Shown: in pieces, positions 1-13,281 of the stretch | Numbering within the stretch: the stretch's first letter is position 1 | Layout of the letters: every line of letters begins with the position of its first letter | Program-made: the position numbers and the translations under genes | The notes under the pieces: generated by a model | The model's database searches: none | Seen by the model: only the letters and a program-made list of their open reading frames with translations | Told to the model about the DNA's origin: nothing | Origin: Tubiluchus corallicola | Taxonomy: Eukaryota > Animalia > Priapulida | Length of the DNA stretch: 31,276 bases | NCBI GenBank assembly: GCA_030141605.1 | Contig: JAQGDQ010002449.1 | Span: forward strand, 1 to 31,276 | Reading direction: 5' to 3'

Positions 1-540
1 GCCTTTTTTCGTCAGCTCATGTACATTTTCCAAGATTGTTGGCAAAATATGTTCCATCTCCCCCACAAATAGCGCATCAAAAAATGGCGCAATTGGAGCC
101 AGATTGTGAGTACATGTGCCCCCCGCTATAATTATGGGGTCATTGCTGTCTCTATTTGCGCTTCTCAATGGTATTTCAGACTGTTCAAGCATACCTAAGG
201 CAGTGCTAAAGCCGAGTTCATAAGAAAATCTAAAGCCTATCATATGAAACTCTTTCAGCCTCGTACCAGTTTCAAGGCTGCAGAACACGTCCTTCCCAAG
301 TATCTCGACAGCGTCCGGCATGGGGGCAAAAAATCTTTCACAATATATGTTTGTCGAGGCGTTCAATCTTTCATAAAGCATTTTGTAGCCGATGCTGCTC
401 ATCCCCACCTCATAAGCATCGCTGAAAGCTAAGCAAAATCTGTACATATCGTCAGGCGACTTTACAAAAGAATTAATCTCGCCGCCAAGATACCTCAACG
501 GCTTTGCCACAGAGAGCAATCTGTTGTCATCAACATTCAT
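1..540 (-). CDS. Radical SAM protein, TIGR03960-like family (5' part only; runs off the left edge)
   Basis: Not in the ORF track. Manual translation from ATG at 540 is open to base 1: MNVDDNRLLSVAKPLRYLGGEINS...LAFSDAYEVGMSSIG...ERFFAP...SLETG...YEL...PIIIAGGTCTHNLAPIAPFFDALFVGE. These motifs match the family usually found downstream of rodA. Confidence 0.85.
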   Translation of the reverse strand, partial: MNVDDNRLLSVAKPLRYLGGEINSFVKSPDDMYRFCLAFSDAYEVGMSSIGYKMLYERLNASTNIYCERFFAPMPDAVEILGKDVFCSLETGTRLKEFHMIGFRFSYELGFSTALGMLEQSEIPLRSANRDSNDPIIIAGGTCTHNLAPIAPFFDALFVGEMEHILPTILENVHELTKKG

Positions 541-545
541 TACCT

Positions 546-1790
546 TTACTCATCTCCAAGTTTTAATCTTCTAACATGTATGGAGTTTAGGATACCCAGC
601 ATGGTCATAAAAGCAAGGAGTGACGAACCCCCATAGCTTACAAACGGCATGGGTATCCCCACAACGGGCATCATGCCCAACGACATTCCCAAGTTGACAA
701 AGAACTGAAACAGTACAAAGGAACAGACGGAATAGCAGATAAATTTAGGCACAGGCTCCTTAACCTTCAATGACAGCACCACTATGCGAAATAACAGCAC
801 AACAAAGAGAGTGATAACAAGCAAAGCCCCTACAAAGCCAAACTCTTCACATATCACCGTAAATATAAAGTCTGTATGCTGTTCCGGCACAAAATTTAGG
901 TGAGCCTGTTTCCCTTTTAGAAATCCGGAGCCGTAAAGCCCCCCAGAACCTATGGCAACTTTAGCTTGAATCACCTGATACCCCTTTCCGAGAGGATCCT
1001 TCTCAGGATTTATCATAATGATCACCCTATCTCTCTGATAAGGCTTCAGCCAAAGGAGGAACATCGGGAAACGCTGGATTTCATCCTCAATTTTCTGATT
1101 GTTTAGAGGAGCGCTATCCTTGCTAAAAGGGATGAATGCTAGGGACAATGTGGTGTGGACAGTGTCATCTGCAACCTCTTTCTTTATGCTGACGGGAAAA
1201 AGCACAATGACAAGGACAAATACAAATATGATCCAAGAATACCGAGACACCCCAGCCATCACCAAAACCATACCCCATACTCCCAAAAAACTTAAAGCGG
1301 TGCCAAGATCCGGCTGCTTGAATATGAGCACAAATGGAAGCAGCAACACAAGAAAATATTTGCTGATGGTAAAAAGGCTCAAGGTGCCCCCTTCATAACT
1401 CCTAAACAACCAACCCAGCGTCAGCACCCATATTACCTTAAATATCTCCGATGGCTGGACATTGAAGAAACCGACAGATATCCACCTCTCAGTATCTCCG
1501 TCAGAAGCCCTAAGAATAGAGTAAAGCAACACCATACAGCCCAGAACGTAAATTACAGGCAACAGCCTGACGATGAGCCTATAGTCAATCACGGTCATGA
1601 TAATGTACGCCAATAAGCCTAGGAAATACCATTTGATCTGTTTCAAGTAATAGTCGTTCCTAACGGTCTCAATGGAAGGATCATATGCAGAGCTATAAAT
1701 GCCTATAATCCCGTACAACGTGAGCAATGACGCAGCCATTAAGAGAAATATATCTATATAAGCGAAATACTCTTTAATCCTTCTCAACAT
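546..1790 (-). CDS. rodA: Rod shape-determining SEDS peptidoglycan glycosyltransferase RodA
   Basis: Motifs RWI..G..VQPSE, KQPDLGT, LKPYQ..R, GYQ..Q...AIGSGG, PEQHTDFIF, MPVVGIPMPFVSYGGSS; lies downstream of mrdA. Confidence 0.95.
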   Translation of the reverse strand: MLRRIKEYFAYIDIFLLMAASLLTLYGIIGIYSSAYDPSIETVRNDYYLKQIKWYFLGLLAYIIMTVIDYRLIVRLLPVIYVLGCMVLLYSILRASDGDTERWISVGFFNVQPSEIFKVIWVLTLGWLFRSYEGGTLSLFTISKYFLVLLLPFVLIFKQPDLGTALSFLGVWGMVLVMAGVSRYSWIIFVFVLVIVLFPVSIKKEVADDTVHTTLSLAFIPFSKDSAPLNNQKIEDEIQRFPMFLLWLKPYQRDRVIIMINPEKDPLGKGYQVIQAKVAIGSGGLYGSGFLKGKQAHLNFVPEQHTDFIFTVICEEFGFVGALLVITLFVVLLFRIVVLSLKVKEPVPKFICYSVCSFVLFQFFVNLGMSLGMMPVVGIPMPFVSYGGSSLLAFMTMLGILNSIHVRRLKLGDE

Positions 1791-3614
1791 GGCCCATCTC
1801 TATCATTTTGTTGATCATATGTCCCGCAATTGGAGCAGCAGTGGCACTTCCCGAGCCACCATGCTCTACAATAACGAGGACTACATACTTTGGCTCATCA
1901 AGCGGGAGAATCGCTGCAAACCATGCGTGATCTCTATATTTTCCGGTATTTCATCATCTTCCATACCTTCCGTTACCTTTAGGCTAACTACCTGGGCGGT
2001 ACCGGTCTTGCCGCCAACGACAACACCATCGACCATCCTGCCCAAAACCCTGGCGGTACCCTTTTTGCCGTATACTGCCCGACTAATTCCCTGCTTCACT
2101 ATCTCAATATTGGCCTCATCCGCCTCAATGGTCCTCTTTAGAACAGTGGGCAAAACCTCCACAGTGCCATTGTCGGCATATGAAATAGAATGAACAACCC
2201 TCGGCTCATATATGTAGCCACCATTGAAGATACCCGCAATAGAGACGGCAAGCTGCAGCGGAGTAATCGACACATATCCTTGACCTATGGAGACTATCAC
2301 GGTCTCCCCGGGATACCACTCATGCCCGTAAATCTTTCTCTTCCAGTCCACTCCGGGAAAGATACCATCCTTTTCACCGGGCAAATCAACTCCTGTCGCC
2401 TCCCCAAGACCATAAAGCCTTGCATAGCTCCCTATTTTATCTATTCCGAGGGCCAAACCAAGATTGTAAAAAAATACATCACAAGATTCCGCAATAGCAT
2501 CAACCACCGCAATGTTGCCGTGTCCTCTCCTGTTCCAACACCTATATTCAAACCTGTTCAATTTGAGCATACCATTACATAAATAGGTCGTACTTTCGTT
2601 GATAACCTTTTCTTCCAAACCACCCAAGGCCATCAGCGGCTTAAATACGGAGCCCGGTGGATATATCTCCTCAATAGTCCTATCGAGCAGAGGTTTGTTT
2701 GCGTCTCTTCTCAACACTCTCCAGTCCTTTTCCCGAATAAACGGAGTGAACATGTTGAGATCGTACGTAGGAGCAGAATAGGAGGTTAGCAGTGAGTTAG
2801 AATCGATATCCATCACTATGACGGCGCCTTTCTTGCCCTCCATAAGCTCATGGGCATGAGTCTGAAGGTCAGAATCCACAGTTAGAATAATGCTGTTTCC
2901 CTGCCGGGCTTCCTCTTCGTAAAGTATCCCCAAGATACGGCCGGCGCTGTCCACCTCCACCCGTTTGGCGCCTTTTTTCCCCCTCAACACATGCTCGTAC
3001 TGCCTTTCTACTCCCTTCTTTCCCACCATGTCGCCCGAGTTGTATTCCTCAAACTGACCAGAACGCAACTCCTCATCCGCAATCTCCCTGACATAGCCCA
3101 ATATGTTGCTCATGGCTCTATTCTCTACATAAGTTCTGACAGACTCGTAGCGGATCTCCATCCCTACGTAATCTTCTGAATTTTCAGAAAAGTAAGACAT
3201 CTGCTCAAAACTCAAACCCCTTGCCACCACTATATACTCGTGAAAATGGGATGAACGCATCCGCTTTTTTACCTTTTTTATATCTATCGGAAGGACATTG
3301 TTTATGTCAAGAAGGAGCTTATCCAGATCTTTGACATTCTCACGAACTATGACGAGTTCAAAGCTGGGGGTATTCTTGACTATTATCTTTCCGTTTCTGT
3401 CAAGTATGAAACCCCTATCACCTACGGTCTCGACAATCCGCAAACGAACACTATCCGCCCTCGATTTGTAATACTCAAAAGAGATTATCTGAAGATAAAT
3501 AAGACGCAAAACAAGTATAGAGCTTAAGATAAGTATAAAGATAGCATATCTGAAGGTACGTTTCTTTAAATGCGTAAGTACTTCATCTTTTAGGGGATAG
3601 AATCGCAACCGCAA
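1774..3614 (-). CDS. mrdA: Penicillin-binding protein 2 (frameshift near 1940, probably one A missing from a run)
   Basis: PGSVFK (SxxK), SCD and KTGTAQV motifs. After IPE the alternative frame reads YRDHAWFAAILP...VIVEHGGSGSATAAPIA...VEKD* with TAA at 1774-1776, the expected PBP2 C-terminus. Confidence 0.92.
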
Positions 3615-4039
3615 CCTCCTTCAGGACAAATATAAACAACAAAAGTGCCATGTCAAAGAAAACCCTCTGAACGACATTTATAAGGAATGACAAGCCGGTA
3701 TAGTTGTGCAGCCAAAAATTGTAAGAGACATATATACTCAAAATGAGCAAAAACAGTACAAGTCTGTAGAAATACTTCTCATAGTCCGATATGGAGCTGG
3801 CAATGATTTTCATATAAGAAAAAAGAGCAAATAGAAAAAAACCGACACCCAAGACATTTCCCACTTCAAAATCAGAAAAAAGACCAAAAATCAGAGAAAA
3901 GCTTATAAAATTTTCTTCATTGATATACGGCAAAGTTAATAAAAAAACGATCATGGTAAGGTCAAATCTACCCAATAGACCACCGTAATGCGTGCCTACT
4001 ACGTAGCATAAAGAGATTATCAAAAACGATATGAACTGT

Positions 4040-5865
<1,826 letters not shown>

Positions 5866-5891
5866 CTAAGACCTCCAGAAAAGCAACACCA

Positions 5892-5920
5892 TATATAACA
5901 AATTATTGTACAGCATTCAA
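5892..5920 (-). promoter_or_regulatory. Putative sigma70 promoter of the mre operon
   Basis: Minus strand TTGAAT-17 bp-TATATA with an extended TG. Confidence 0.4.
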
Positions 5921-6033
5921 GGTTTTTTGCTCTACAATTCAGCACACTTCAGGCGTGAGGTGGCAAAATAACATTGTCTATGAACAAAAAGGAGTAAAAG
6001 TAGTACTGACTGAAAATTTATGGAGTTTAACAA

Positions 6034-7518
6034 ATGAATGAGCACCGCTGGAAAAGTTGAATAAATTGCAGGAGATGGGAATTGACCCTTATGAGGAGAT
6101 TTCTTAGCAAAGTACCCAATCTCCAGCATCGTAGACAAATATAAAGATGCACCGGCGCCCGACCTGGAAGGTATCTCTACGGTATTTAGCATTGGCGGCA
6201 GGATTGTTGCTGCGAGAAGTTTCGGCAAAGCAGCTTTCATCAGCCTCAAAGATAGAACTGACACCATTCAGGTGTACATCAAGAAGAGCGACATACCGGA
6301 AGAACAGTTCAATATTTTCAAGCTGACCGATGTCGGTGACTTTGTGCATGTCACCGGTACATTATTTAGGACAAAGACTGACGAGTTGACACTGTATGCA
6401 AAGACGTTCTCCATCCTGACAAAAACCTTATCAGACCTGCCGGAAAAATGGCACGGATTGAAGGATGTAGAGAGTAGATTTAGAAAAAGATACGTTGACC
6501 TTCTTGTAAATGAAGACGTCAAGGACACCTTTAAGAAGAGGTTTGCGATAATATCAAAGGTGAGAGACTACTTCACAAATGAAGGGTTTTATGAAGTGGA
6601 AACACCGATGATGCAATCTGTGGCAGGAGGAGCTGCTGCAAAGCCGTTCGTCACACACCACAACGCTCTTGGGCTGGATCTGTTTTTGCGAATTGCTCCG
6701 GAGCTATATCTGAAGAGGCTTGTTGTTGGAGGTTTTGAGAGAGTTTTTGAGATCAATAGAAACTTCAGAAATGAAGGAATATCCACAAAGCATAATCCGG
6801 AATTTACAATGTTGGAATTCTATATGGCGTATGCAGACTATCACACGCTCATGAGCATGATAGAAGAGATGACAAAAGCCGTCTCGGAGAGCGTTTTGGG
6901 CACAAAAGTGATACAGTTTGGGGCTCACTCCATAGATCTGGATGAAGAATGGCAAACATTGACCATAAAGGACGCTATCCTAAAATATTCTGAAGTGAAT
7001 GCCCAAGACTTAAGTTCGTATGACACAATAAGCAAAGCGGCAGAAAGACACAATATCTCTGTGGATAAAAAATGGGGATACGGGAAGATCCTTCTGGAGA
7101 TTTTTGAAAACCTTGTCGAGCACAAGCTGATAACGCCAACATTTATCACAGAATATCCAAAAGAGGTCTCACCACTTGCAAAGTCAAAACCGAACGACCC
7201 CGAAACCACAGAGCGGTTTGAACTGTTTGTCTGCGGGATGGAGGTTGCCAACGGTTTCAATGAGTTGAGGGATCCCATCGACCAATCTGAAAGATTTAAA
7301 AAACAGGCGGAAGACAAGCTAGCCGGCGATGACGAGGCTTGCGATGTTGATGACGACTTTATAAGCGCTCTCGAATATGGACTGCCCCCCACAGCCGGTG
7401 CAGGTATCGGTATTGACAGGTTGGTTATGCTGCTGACAAATAATGATTCTATAAGGGATGTGATACTGTTTCCCCAGTTGAAGCCAAAACCTGAAGGGAG
7501 GATACTCACAAAGTTTAA
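6034..7518 (+). CDS. lysS: Lysine--tRNA ligase, class II (two apparent frameshifts near 6047 and 6095, a probable third near 7497)
   Basis: GGAG RBS then ATG at 6034. Reconstructed N-terminus [27 protein letters not shown]...[14 protein letters not shown] joins the tracked ORF with [25 protein letters not shown] and [17 protein letters not shown]. Likely true stop TAA at 7516-7518. Confidence 0.93.
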
Positions 7519-7546
7519 CCCGCTTTTAACCAAACGGTTAAACAAG

Positions 7547-8251
7547 CTACAACGATTGAAACATCTGAAAGCTCTTGATAGTTCGGCCCGAGTGCTGTGC
7601 GACGTATCTGCACAGCACATTGAGCATGTCCATCTCGTCACTTGCTGAGAAGTCAGTACTCTTAAACAGCTCTTTATTCGAAAATGTCTTCATGAGAAAC
7701 ACGACGTTTTTCTTCATGAAGATATTTTTATCCTTTTCAGTTTTGAAGCATTCGACGCAAACTATATTGCTGTTCGTGAGGTGGTATTCTTCGAATATGC
7801 ACCCGCACTTAGTGCAAGCTGACATATCAAACATAATTCCGCTATTTTGCAACATCGTGTATATACCGAACAGAAGGACCTTTTCCGGTCTGCCACTTGT
7901 GTATGAACATATAATTTTCCACAAAGCAAGATCAACGTCCAACTCTCCATAAAGGCTATCAAGTATTTCAAACATTATATAAAGACGCAAAAATATCGCA
8001 GAGTTATCCACATAGGGGGAGTATTCAGCTGATGCGTTAAAATCGTAGTATTTATTTAGGTCGGTATTCTCTCGTATCAGGAAGTTGAGAGAGCCGGGGA
8101 CGAACTGCTGTATGGAGCTGCTCTTGTTGTAAGCCTTATTGACAAACAGCTTCACCTTACCCAAATCCTTTGTAAAAGCCTGACATATGGCAGCTCGATC
8201 TGAGTATTTGCTCACCTTATAGATGACAGCATCGGTGATCACCCTCTTCAT
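7547..8251 (-). CDS. recO: DNA repair protein RecO-like
   Basis: N-terminal OB-fold-like segment (FTKDLGKV), CxxC...CxxC zinc motif, C-terminal IKS; lies downstream of era-mgtE. Divergent sequence. Confidence 0.75.
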   Translation of the reverse strand: MKRVITDAVIYKVSKYSDRAAICQAFTKDLGKVKLFVNKAYNKSSSIQQFVPGSLNFLIRENTDLNKYYDFNASAEYSPYVDNSAIFLRLYIMFEILDSLYGELDVDLALWKIICSYTSGRPEKVLLFGIYTMLQNSGIMFDMSACTKCGCIFEEYHLTNSNIVCVECFKTEKDKNIFMKKNVVFLMKTFSNKELFKSTDFSASDEMDMLNVLCRYVAQHSGRTIKSFQMFQSL

Positions 8252-9603
8252 CAGCTAAAGAAGCTCATCATAAGGATAGCAATGGTAAAGTATATTACAA
8301 GACCACTGATATCTATAATCATGAGTATAAAGGGCACAGATGCAACAGCAGGATCAAATTTGAGTTTTATTAAAGCAGCCGGTACGAGCGCGCCAATAAG
8401 CGTGGAAAAGATAGTAACGGCAAACAGAGAAACCCCGGCAATGATGCCAAAAAATGGTTGTCCCCAAAGGCTTGTGACAGCACTGGTGATAATTCCGCTA
8501 ACGAGCCCCATCACAACACCAACCCGCACCTCTCTCAATATCACCTTGGGAATGTGGCTGACATCAATAGCGCCGGATGCTATCCCCCTTATTATGATGG
8601 TAGCAGACTGGCTGCCTACATTGCCCCCCATGGCCATAACAACCGGAATCAAGGTCATTAACATCAAAAAGTTTGTCACATGCCCTTCAAAAAAATTTAT
8701 AAGAAGACCTGCAAAAAAAGAACCGACAAAGGTCACGGAAAGCCATTGCATCCTTATCCTGGCAATCCGAATGGGGCTGTCAGATAGGCGTTCATTGTCG
8801 CTTGTCCCCGCCAGTTTGTAAAAATCCTCCGTAGCTTCAGCCCTTATGATGTCAATAATATCGTCAACGGTAATGACACCAACAAGCACGCCCTCATTAT
8901 TTACAACCGGCACCGCCACAAAATCATACTTCTCCACAACTTTTGCCACATCTTCCTGATCCACGTCCGTACCAACACTTATAACATCGGTAGTCATGAT
9001 CTCTTTAAGCTTTTTCAGTGGGGGGTTGGTGATCAGTTGGCGCAAAGAGAGTACTCCGGTAATCCGTCCTACTGTATCAACAACATAAAGATAATAAACC
9101 ATCTCAATATTCTGTGCTTGATGAATGAGCTTTGTGGCGTTCTTCACCGTTATATCTTCATTTATGGTAAAAACGTCCCTATTCATCACCGCCCCTGCGG
9201 TATTTTCCTTGTAATTCAGCTGCTCTACCACAGAGCTCAATTCGGGGTGGTCAAAATGTTGGAGTATAGAACCCACAACGGTGTCCTTCAGCATGTGCAC
9301 AATATTTGTTATATCATCACTTGCCATCTCCCTAAATATGACGGCAGCTTCAGAAGGGGGCATAGCTTCTATGAAGTTTATTATATCGGAGTCTTCCAGC
9401 TCCAAAAGGACATCGGCCTTCTTCCCATTTGAGGAAATGGAGCGCCAAAGCTTTTCAGCTTCATCGTCAGAAAGCTTCTTGATCAGTTGTGCTAAATCCG
9501 CGTGATGAATATTTGCACAGTAATCTGCCAAAGCATCAGTCCCGCCATGTTGTAAAATTTTCCGTATTCCTTCGGTCCTTGCGGACTCGTGAGATGATGC
9601 CAT
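8251..9603 (-). CDS. mgtE: Magnesium transporter MgtE
   Basis: N-domain, CBS pair (TAGAVM, YYLYVVD, GVITVDD), MGGNVGSQS and DPAVAS.PF...IID motifs. Confidence 0.95.
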   Translation of the reverse strand: MASSHESARTEGIRKILQHGGTDALADYCANIHHADLAQLIKKLSDDEAEKLWRSISSNGKKADVLLELEDSDIINFIEAMPPSEAAVIFREMASDDITNIVHMLKDTVVGSILQHFDHPELSSVVEQLNYKENTAGAVMNRDVFTINEDITVKNATKLIHQAQNIEMVYYLYVVDTVGRITGVLSLRQLITNPPLKKLKEIMTTDVISVGTDVDQEDVAKVVEKYDFVAVPVVNNEGVLVGVITVDDIIDIIRAEATEDFYKLAGTSDNERLSDSPIRIARIRMQWLSVTFVGSFFAGLLINFFEGHVTNFLMLMTLIPVVMAMGGNVGSQSATIIIRGIASGAIDVSHIPKVILREVRVGVVMGLVSGIITSAVTSLWGQPFFGIIAGVSLFAVTIFSTLIGALVPAALIKLKFDPAVASVPFILMIIDISGLVIYFTIAILMMSFFS

Positions 9604-9609
9604 AATTCT

Positions 9610-10488
9610 TTATAATCCCTGTTTTTGTAGATATTCATCCTTATTTGTCCAATTGCTGCTGACCTTCACCCTTAGATCGAGATAAACTTTTGCACCAAAA
9701 AAACGCTCAATATTTGCCCTTGCAAGCTCCCCTATGCGCTTTATAGTGCTACCATTCTTACCTATGACTATACCCTTTTGGGAGTTTCTATTCACGAGGA
9801 TGCTGGCGCAGATGTGTAGTTTTTCATCTTCCCTATCTTCAATGCTCTCTACCTCCACAAGGGTGTCATAAGGCAACTCCTCGTACAGAAGATGAAACAC
9901 CTGCTCCCGTATCTGCTCTGCAATAAAAAAGCTCTCAGATTGCAACGTAACCTCTTCATCGGGAAAATACTTTCTGCCCTCAGGCAAACAGCTCACCATC
10001 AGCTCAAGCAATTTATCCGTATTAACTCCATTCTTGGCAGAGATCGGCACTATATGATCAAATGAACAATATTTGGACAAATTGTCCGCACATTTGTAGA
10101 CTTTTGACTTTTTCACCGTATCGATCTTGTTGATGGCCAGTACCTTTTTTGCGGGGTTTTCACTCAGCGACTTGCATAGCCGCACAAAGTCATCAGCCAC
10201 ATTTTCAGAACAGGTAGCAACAACACAGATAACATCAGACTCATCAGCACCCGCAAACACCTCGGACAACATCAAACGATTTATCCTCTTTTTGGGCCTA
10301 TGAAAGCCAGGAGTATCTATGAAAACAGCTTGATAACTATCTGTAGTCTTGATGCCCCTTATTCTGTTTCTAGTGGTTTGGGCTTTTTGTGAAACGATGG
10401 CAATCCTCTCCCCGACAAGCGTGTTCAAAAGGGTAGACTTGCCAGCATTGGGCACACCCGCTATTGTTATGTAGCCAAATCTAAACAC
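9610..10488 (-). CDS. era: GTPase Era
   Basis: GVPNAGKS, QTTR, DTPG and NKID motifs; KH domain SQKGIVIGKNG. Confidence 0.96.
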   Translation of the reverse strand: MFRFGYITIAGVPNAGKSTLLNTLVGERIAIVSQKAQTTRNRIRGIKTTDSYQAVFIDTPGFHRPKKRINRLMLSEVFAGADESDVICVVATCSENVADDFVRLCKSLSENPAKKVLAINKIDTVKKSKVYKCADNLSKYCSFDHIVPISAKNGVNTDKLLELMVSCLPEGRKYFPDEEVTLQSESFFIAEQIREQVFHLLYEELPYDTLVEVESIEDREDEKLHICASILVNRNSQKGIVIGKNGSTIKRIGELARANIERFFGAKVYLDLRVKVSSNWTNKDEYLQKQGL

Positions 10489-10490
10489 TA

Positions 10491-11768
10491 TTAACCCTCT
10501 TCCCCTTCGGGCTCGCTAACGCCCGCAACGAACTCCACCCGATCTATAGACCTTTGGCTCATCTCTCTGACTATCAGCTTATGATCGTTAATACTATACT
10601 CGCTTCCTATTTCCGGGATCTCTCCGGCAATCTCAAATATCAACCCTCCGAGGGTCTCGTACTCTACCATTTTATCAGTTTTTTCAATGTAAAACCTCTC
10701 GCAAAAATCATCTATATGCATCCTGGCATCCACAAGATACCTGTCCGGCCCGAGCTCAACAACATCCTCAATGGCGACATCATATTCATCCCAAATCTCG
10801 CCAACGATCTCTTCGAGTATATCCTCCAAAGTAACAATGCCGGAAACGCCCCCGTATTCATCAACCACCACCGCAAGATGCACCTTGTCCTTCCTAAACT
10901 CCCTCAACAGCTGATCAATCTTTTTAGTCTCAGGCACAAACATGGCGTCCCGAAGATTTGAAAATATATTTTCAACAGTTAGATCCTCAAACCCCAACTT
11001 GAGCAGATTTTTATAGTGAAGTATCCCCACAATATTGTCCATCTTGCCTTCATAGACGGGCACTCTGGAAAAATCTATCTTCTTGAGATAATCCATGACC
11101 TCATCCAAAGACATATTCTTGTCCAGCACCGCCATGTCAACCCTTGGCACCATGATGTCCTTAACGTAAAGATCTTTGATATCTATTATGTTATGGATCA
11201 TCTCCTTTTTGTCGTTCTCAATGACACCCTCTTCCTCTCCGACGGTAACCATAAATTCGAGCTCATCTTCCGTTATTTTCGGATTTTTATTTTCAACATC
11301 CCCGCCCATGATCTTGATAAGGATCACCACGACACGGTTTAAAAACCAACTGAATGGATAGAGGACTATATACAGTATTCTGAGAAACTTAATAAAGAAA
11401 AGGGCTAGCTTCTCAGGATGGATCTTTGCAAAAGTCTTCGGTGTAACTTCACCAAAAAGCAATATGAGAAACGTCATTATCCCGGTGGTCAAAGCCACCA
11501 CAGAATGCTCTGTATAATGGGCCACAATCCGCGTCATTAGAACGGAACTCAGTATATTTGTGACGTTATTCCCAATGAGTATGGTATTTAACACCTTGTG
11601 AGGATGCTCCAGCCAAATTACGAGGTGTTTCGCTTTTTCCCCTTTCTCCTCGATGAGGTGCTTTACTTTCAATTCGTTCAGAGAAGTCAATGCCGTTTCA
11701 CTGGAAGAAAAAAAACCTGATAACAGCAGAGAACACAATATAACAAATACGTCGACAACAATATTCAA
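10491..11768 (-). CDS. HlyC/CorC (CNNM) family transporter with DUF21, CBS pair and CorC domains
   Basis: FFSSSETAL, ILIGNN, FGEVTPK, MVPR, FSRVPVY, VVVDEYGG..GIVTLEDILEEIVGEI.DE and TLGG motifs. TTG start at 11768 chosen for its GGAG RBS; the track starts at 11828. Confidence 0.9.
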   Translation of the reverse strand: MNIVVDVFVILCSLLLSGFFSSSETALTSLNELKVKHLIEEKGEKAKHLVIWLEHPHKVLNTILIGNNVTNILSSVLMTRIVAHYTEHSVVALTTGIMTFLILLFGEVTPKTFAKIHPEKLALFFIKFLRILYIVLYPFSWFLNRVVVILIKIMGGDVENKNPKITEDELEFMVTVGEEEGVIENDKKEMIHNIIDIKDLYVKDIMVPRVDMAVLDKNMSLDEVMDYLKKIDFSRVPVYEGKMDNIVGILHYKNLLKLGFEDLTVENIFSNLRDAMFVPETKKIDQLLREFRKDKVHLAVVVDEYGGVSGIVTLEDILEEIVGEIWDEYDVAIEDVVELGPDRYLVDARMHIDDFCERFYIEKTDKMVEYETLGGLIFEIAGEIPEIGSEYSINDHKLIVREMSQRSIDRVEFVAGVSEPEGEEG

Positions 11769-11877
11769 ACCGTCACTCCATAATAAATCGCTACATAAAT
11801 CACTACTAAACCCGCCCAGTTGCCGCAAGCAGGATCAGACAACCACATTAAAAAGGTACTACGTCCAAAATATTTTA

Positions 11878-12333
11878 TCAAGGAATATAACCCTCATCCA
11901 CAAGGACATCAATCACAGCTTTTTGAATATCAAACATAAGTCTCTCCTCAAGCTCCCCATCTTCATGATCAAGCCCCAACAGGTGCAGCAGACCGTGAAC
12001 AAAGAGCGTACCCACCTCCCTTTCAAAAGGGATGCCGGCTTCTCTGGCCTGTTTTGCGGCAGTATCAAGAGAGATAACTATATCTCCAATCAGGCCTTTT
12101 AAATCTTCGTCCTCAAGCTGTGGAAAAGATAGTACATCGGTAGCAGAGTCCTTGTCCCGAAACTCTTTGTTTAGCCCGCACATCTCTTCATCAGTCGTCA
12201 ACAGCAGAGACAATTCGATATCGTACTCATACTCCTCACTGGCTTCCAGCGTCAGGTGTGCAAGGATATCAAAAAAGTCCCCTTCAATATTGCTTGCGCA
12301 CTTATCCGTTAAAAGTATCTTACATTTTTTCAT
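11878..12333 (-). CDS. ybeY: rRNA maturation RNase YbeY
   Basis: LN..FR.KD..TDVLSFP, GDIVIS and [11 protein letters not shown] motifs. Confidence 0.95.
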   Translation of the reverse strand: MKKCKILLTDKCASNIEGDFFDILAHLTLEASEEYEYDIELSLLLTTDEEMCGLNKEFRDKDSATDVLSFPQLEDEDLKGLIGDIVISLDTAAKQAREAGIPFEREVGTLFVHGLLHLLGLDHEDGELEERLMFDIQKAVIDVLVDEGYIP

Positions 12334-13281
12334 AATTATTGTAGGCCCTAATTATTGCAGCAACAAGGGGATGCCTTATTACGTCAGTCTCATCAAATTT
12401 GACAAAGCCGATATTTTTCTCATTTTTCAAGATTTCACTCGCTTCAATCAGTCCAGAATTGATCGATCTTGGAAGATCGATCTGAGTGATATCCCCAGTT
12501 ACAACCATTTTTGTACCGGGACCTAACCTCGTTAAAAACATCTTCATCTGCAGAGGCGTAGTATTTTGCGCTTCATCCAAAATAACAAAGGCGTTATTCA
12601 GCGTCCGCCCACGCATAAACGCAAGGGGTGCTATCTCTATAACCTCCCTTTCCAACAGCCCCGAGACAAAGTTTTTGTCCATCATGGCGTACAACGCATC
12701 ATAAAGCGGTCGCAAATAGGGGTCTATCTTGTCCATCAAATCCCCGGGCAAAAAACCTAAAGCTTCACCAGCTTCCACAGCGGGTCTGGTGAGAATTATC
12801 TTAGAATCTTTTTGTTGATAAAATAGTTCACTGCCATGGATACTGCAAGATAAGTTTTCCCCGTGCCTGCTGGCCCCACTCCGAATGTGATGTCGTTTTC
12901 TTCAATCTTGCGAATATAATCCTGCTGATTCAAAGATTTTGGAGCTACATACTTTTTGCTACCTGAAACCCTGATCTTATCTGTCAAAACACTAGCTGCA
13001 TCCACATTCTTGTCAACTTTCAGCATCTTAAGAATCTGTATCACATCTTCGGTAGACACATGCTCACTTGAAGCCACAGCTTTGAGCTCGTCCATAAGCT
13101 TCAAAGCAAGAACAACATCACCATCATCACCAGTGACAGTTATCTCACCCCCAAGGGAAGATATTTCAACGTTTAGTTCTGAAGTTATCAACTTTCTATT
13201 AACATCATGAGTGCCAAAGATTGCGGGCAACAGCTCCTCCGGCACATAGATTGTGCTTCTCTTTTTATCTATTTTCGGCAA
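12320..13281 (-). CDS. phoH: PhoH family ATPase (YbeZ); split by a one-base frameshift near 12797
   Basis: First ORF holds GPAGTGKT; the shifted frame continues [42 protein letters not shown]. Confidence 0.92.

Noticed and set aside
7519-7648. LysS C-terminal extension overlapping recO by ~100 bp
   Set aside because: Adding one G at ~7497 gives PEGEDTHKV* ending at 7518, before recO, consistent with the other indels.
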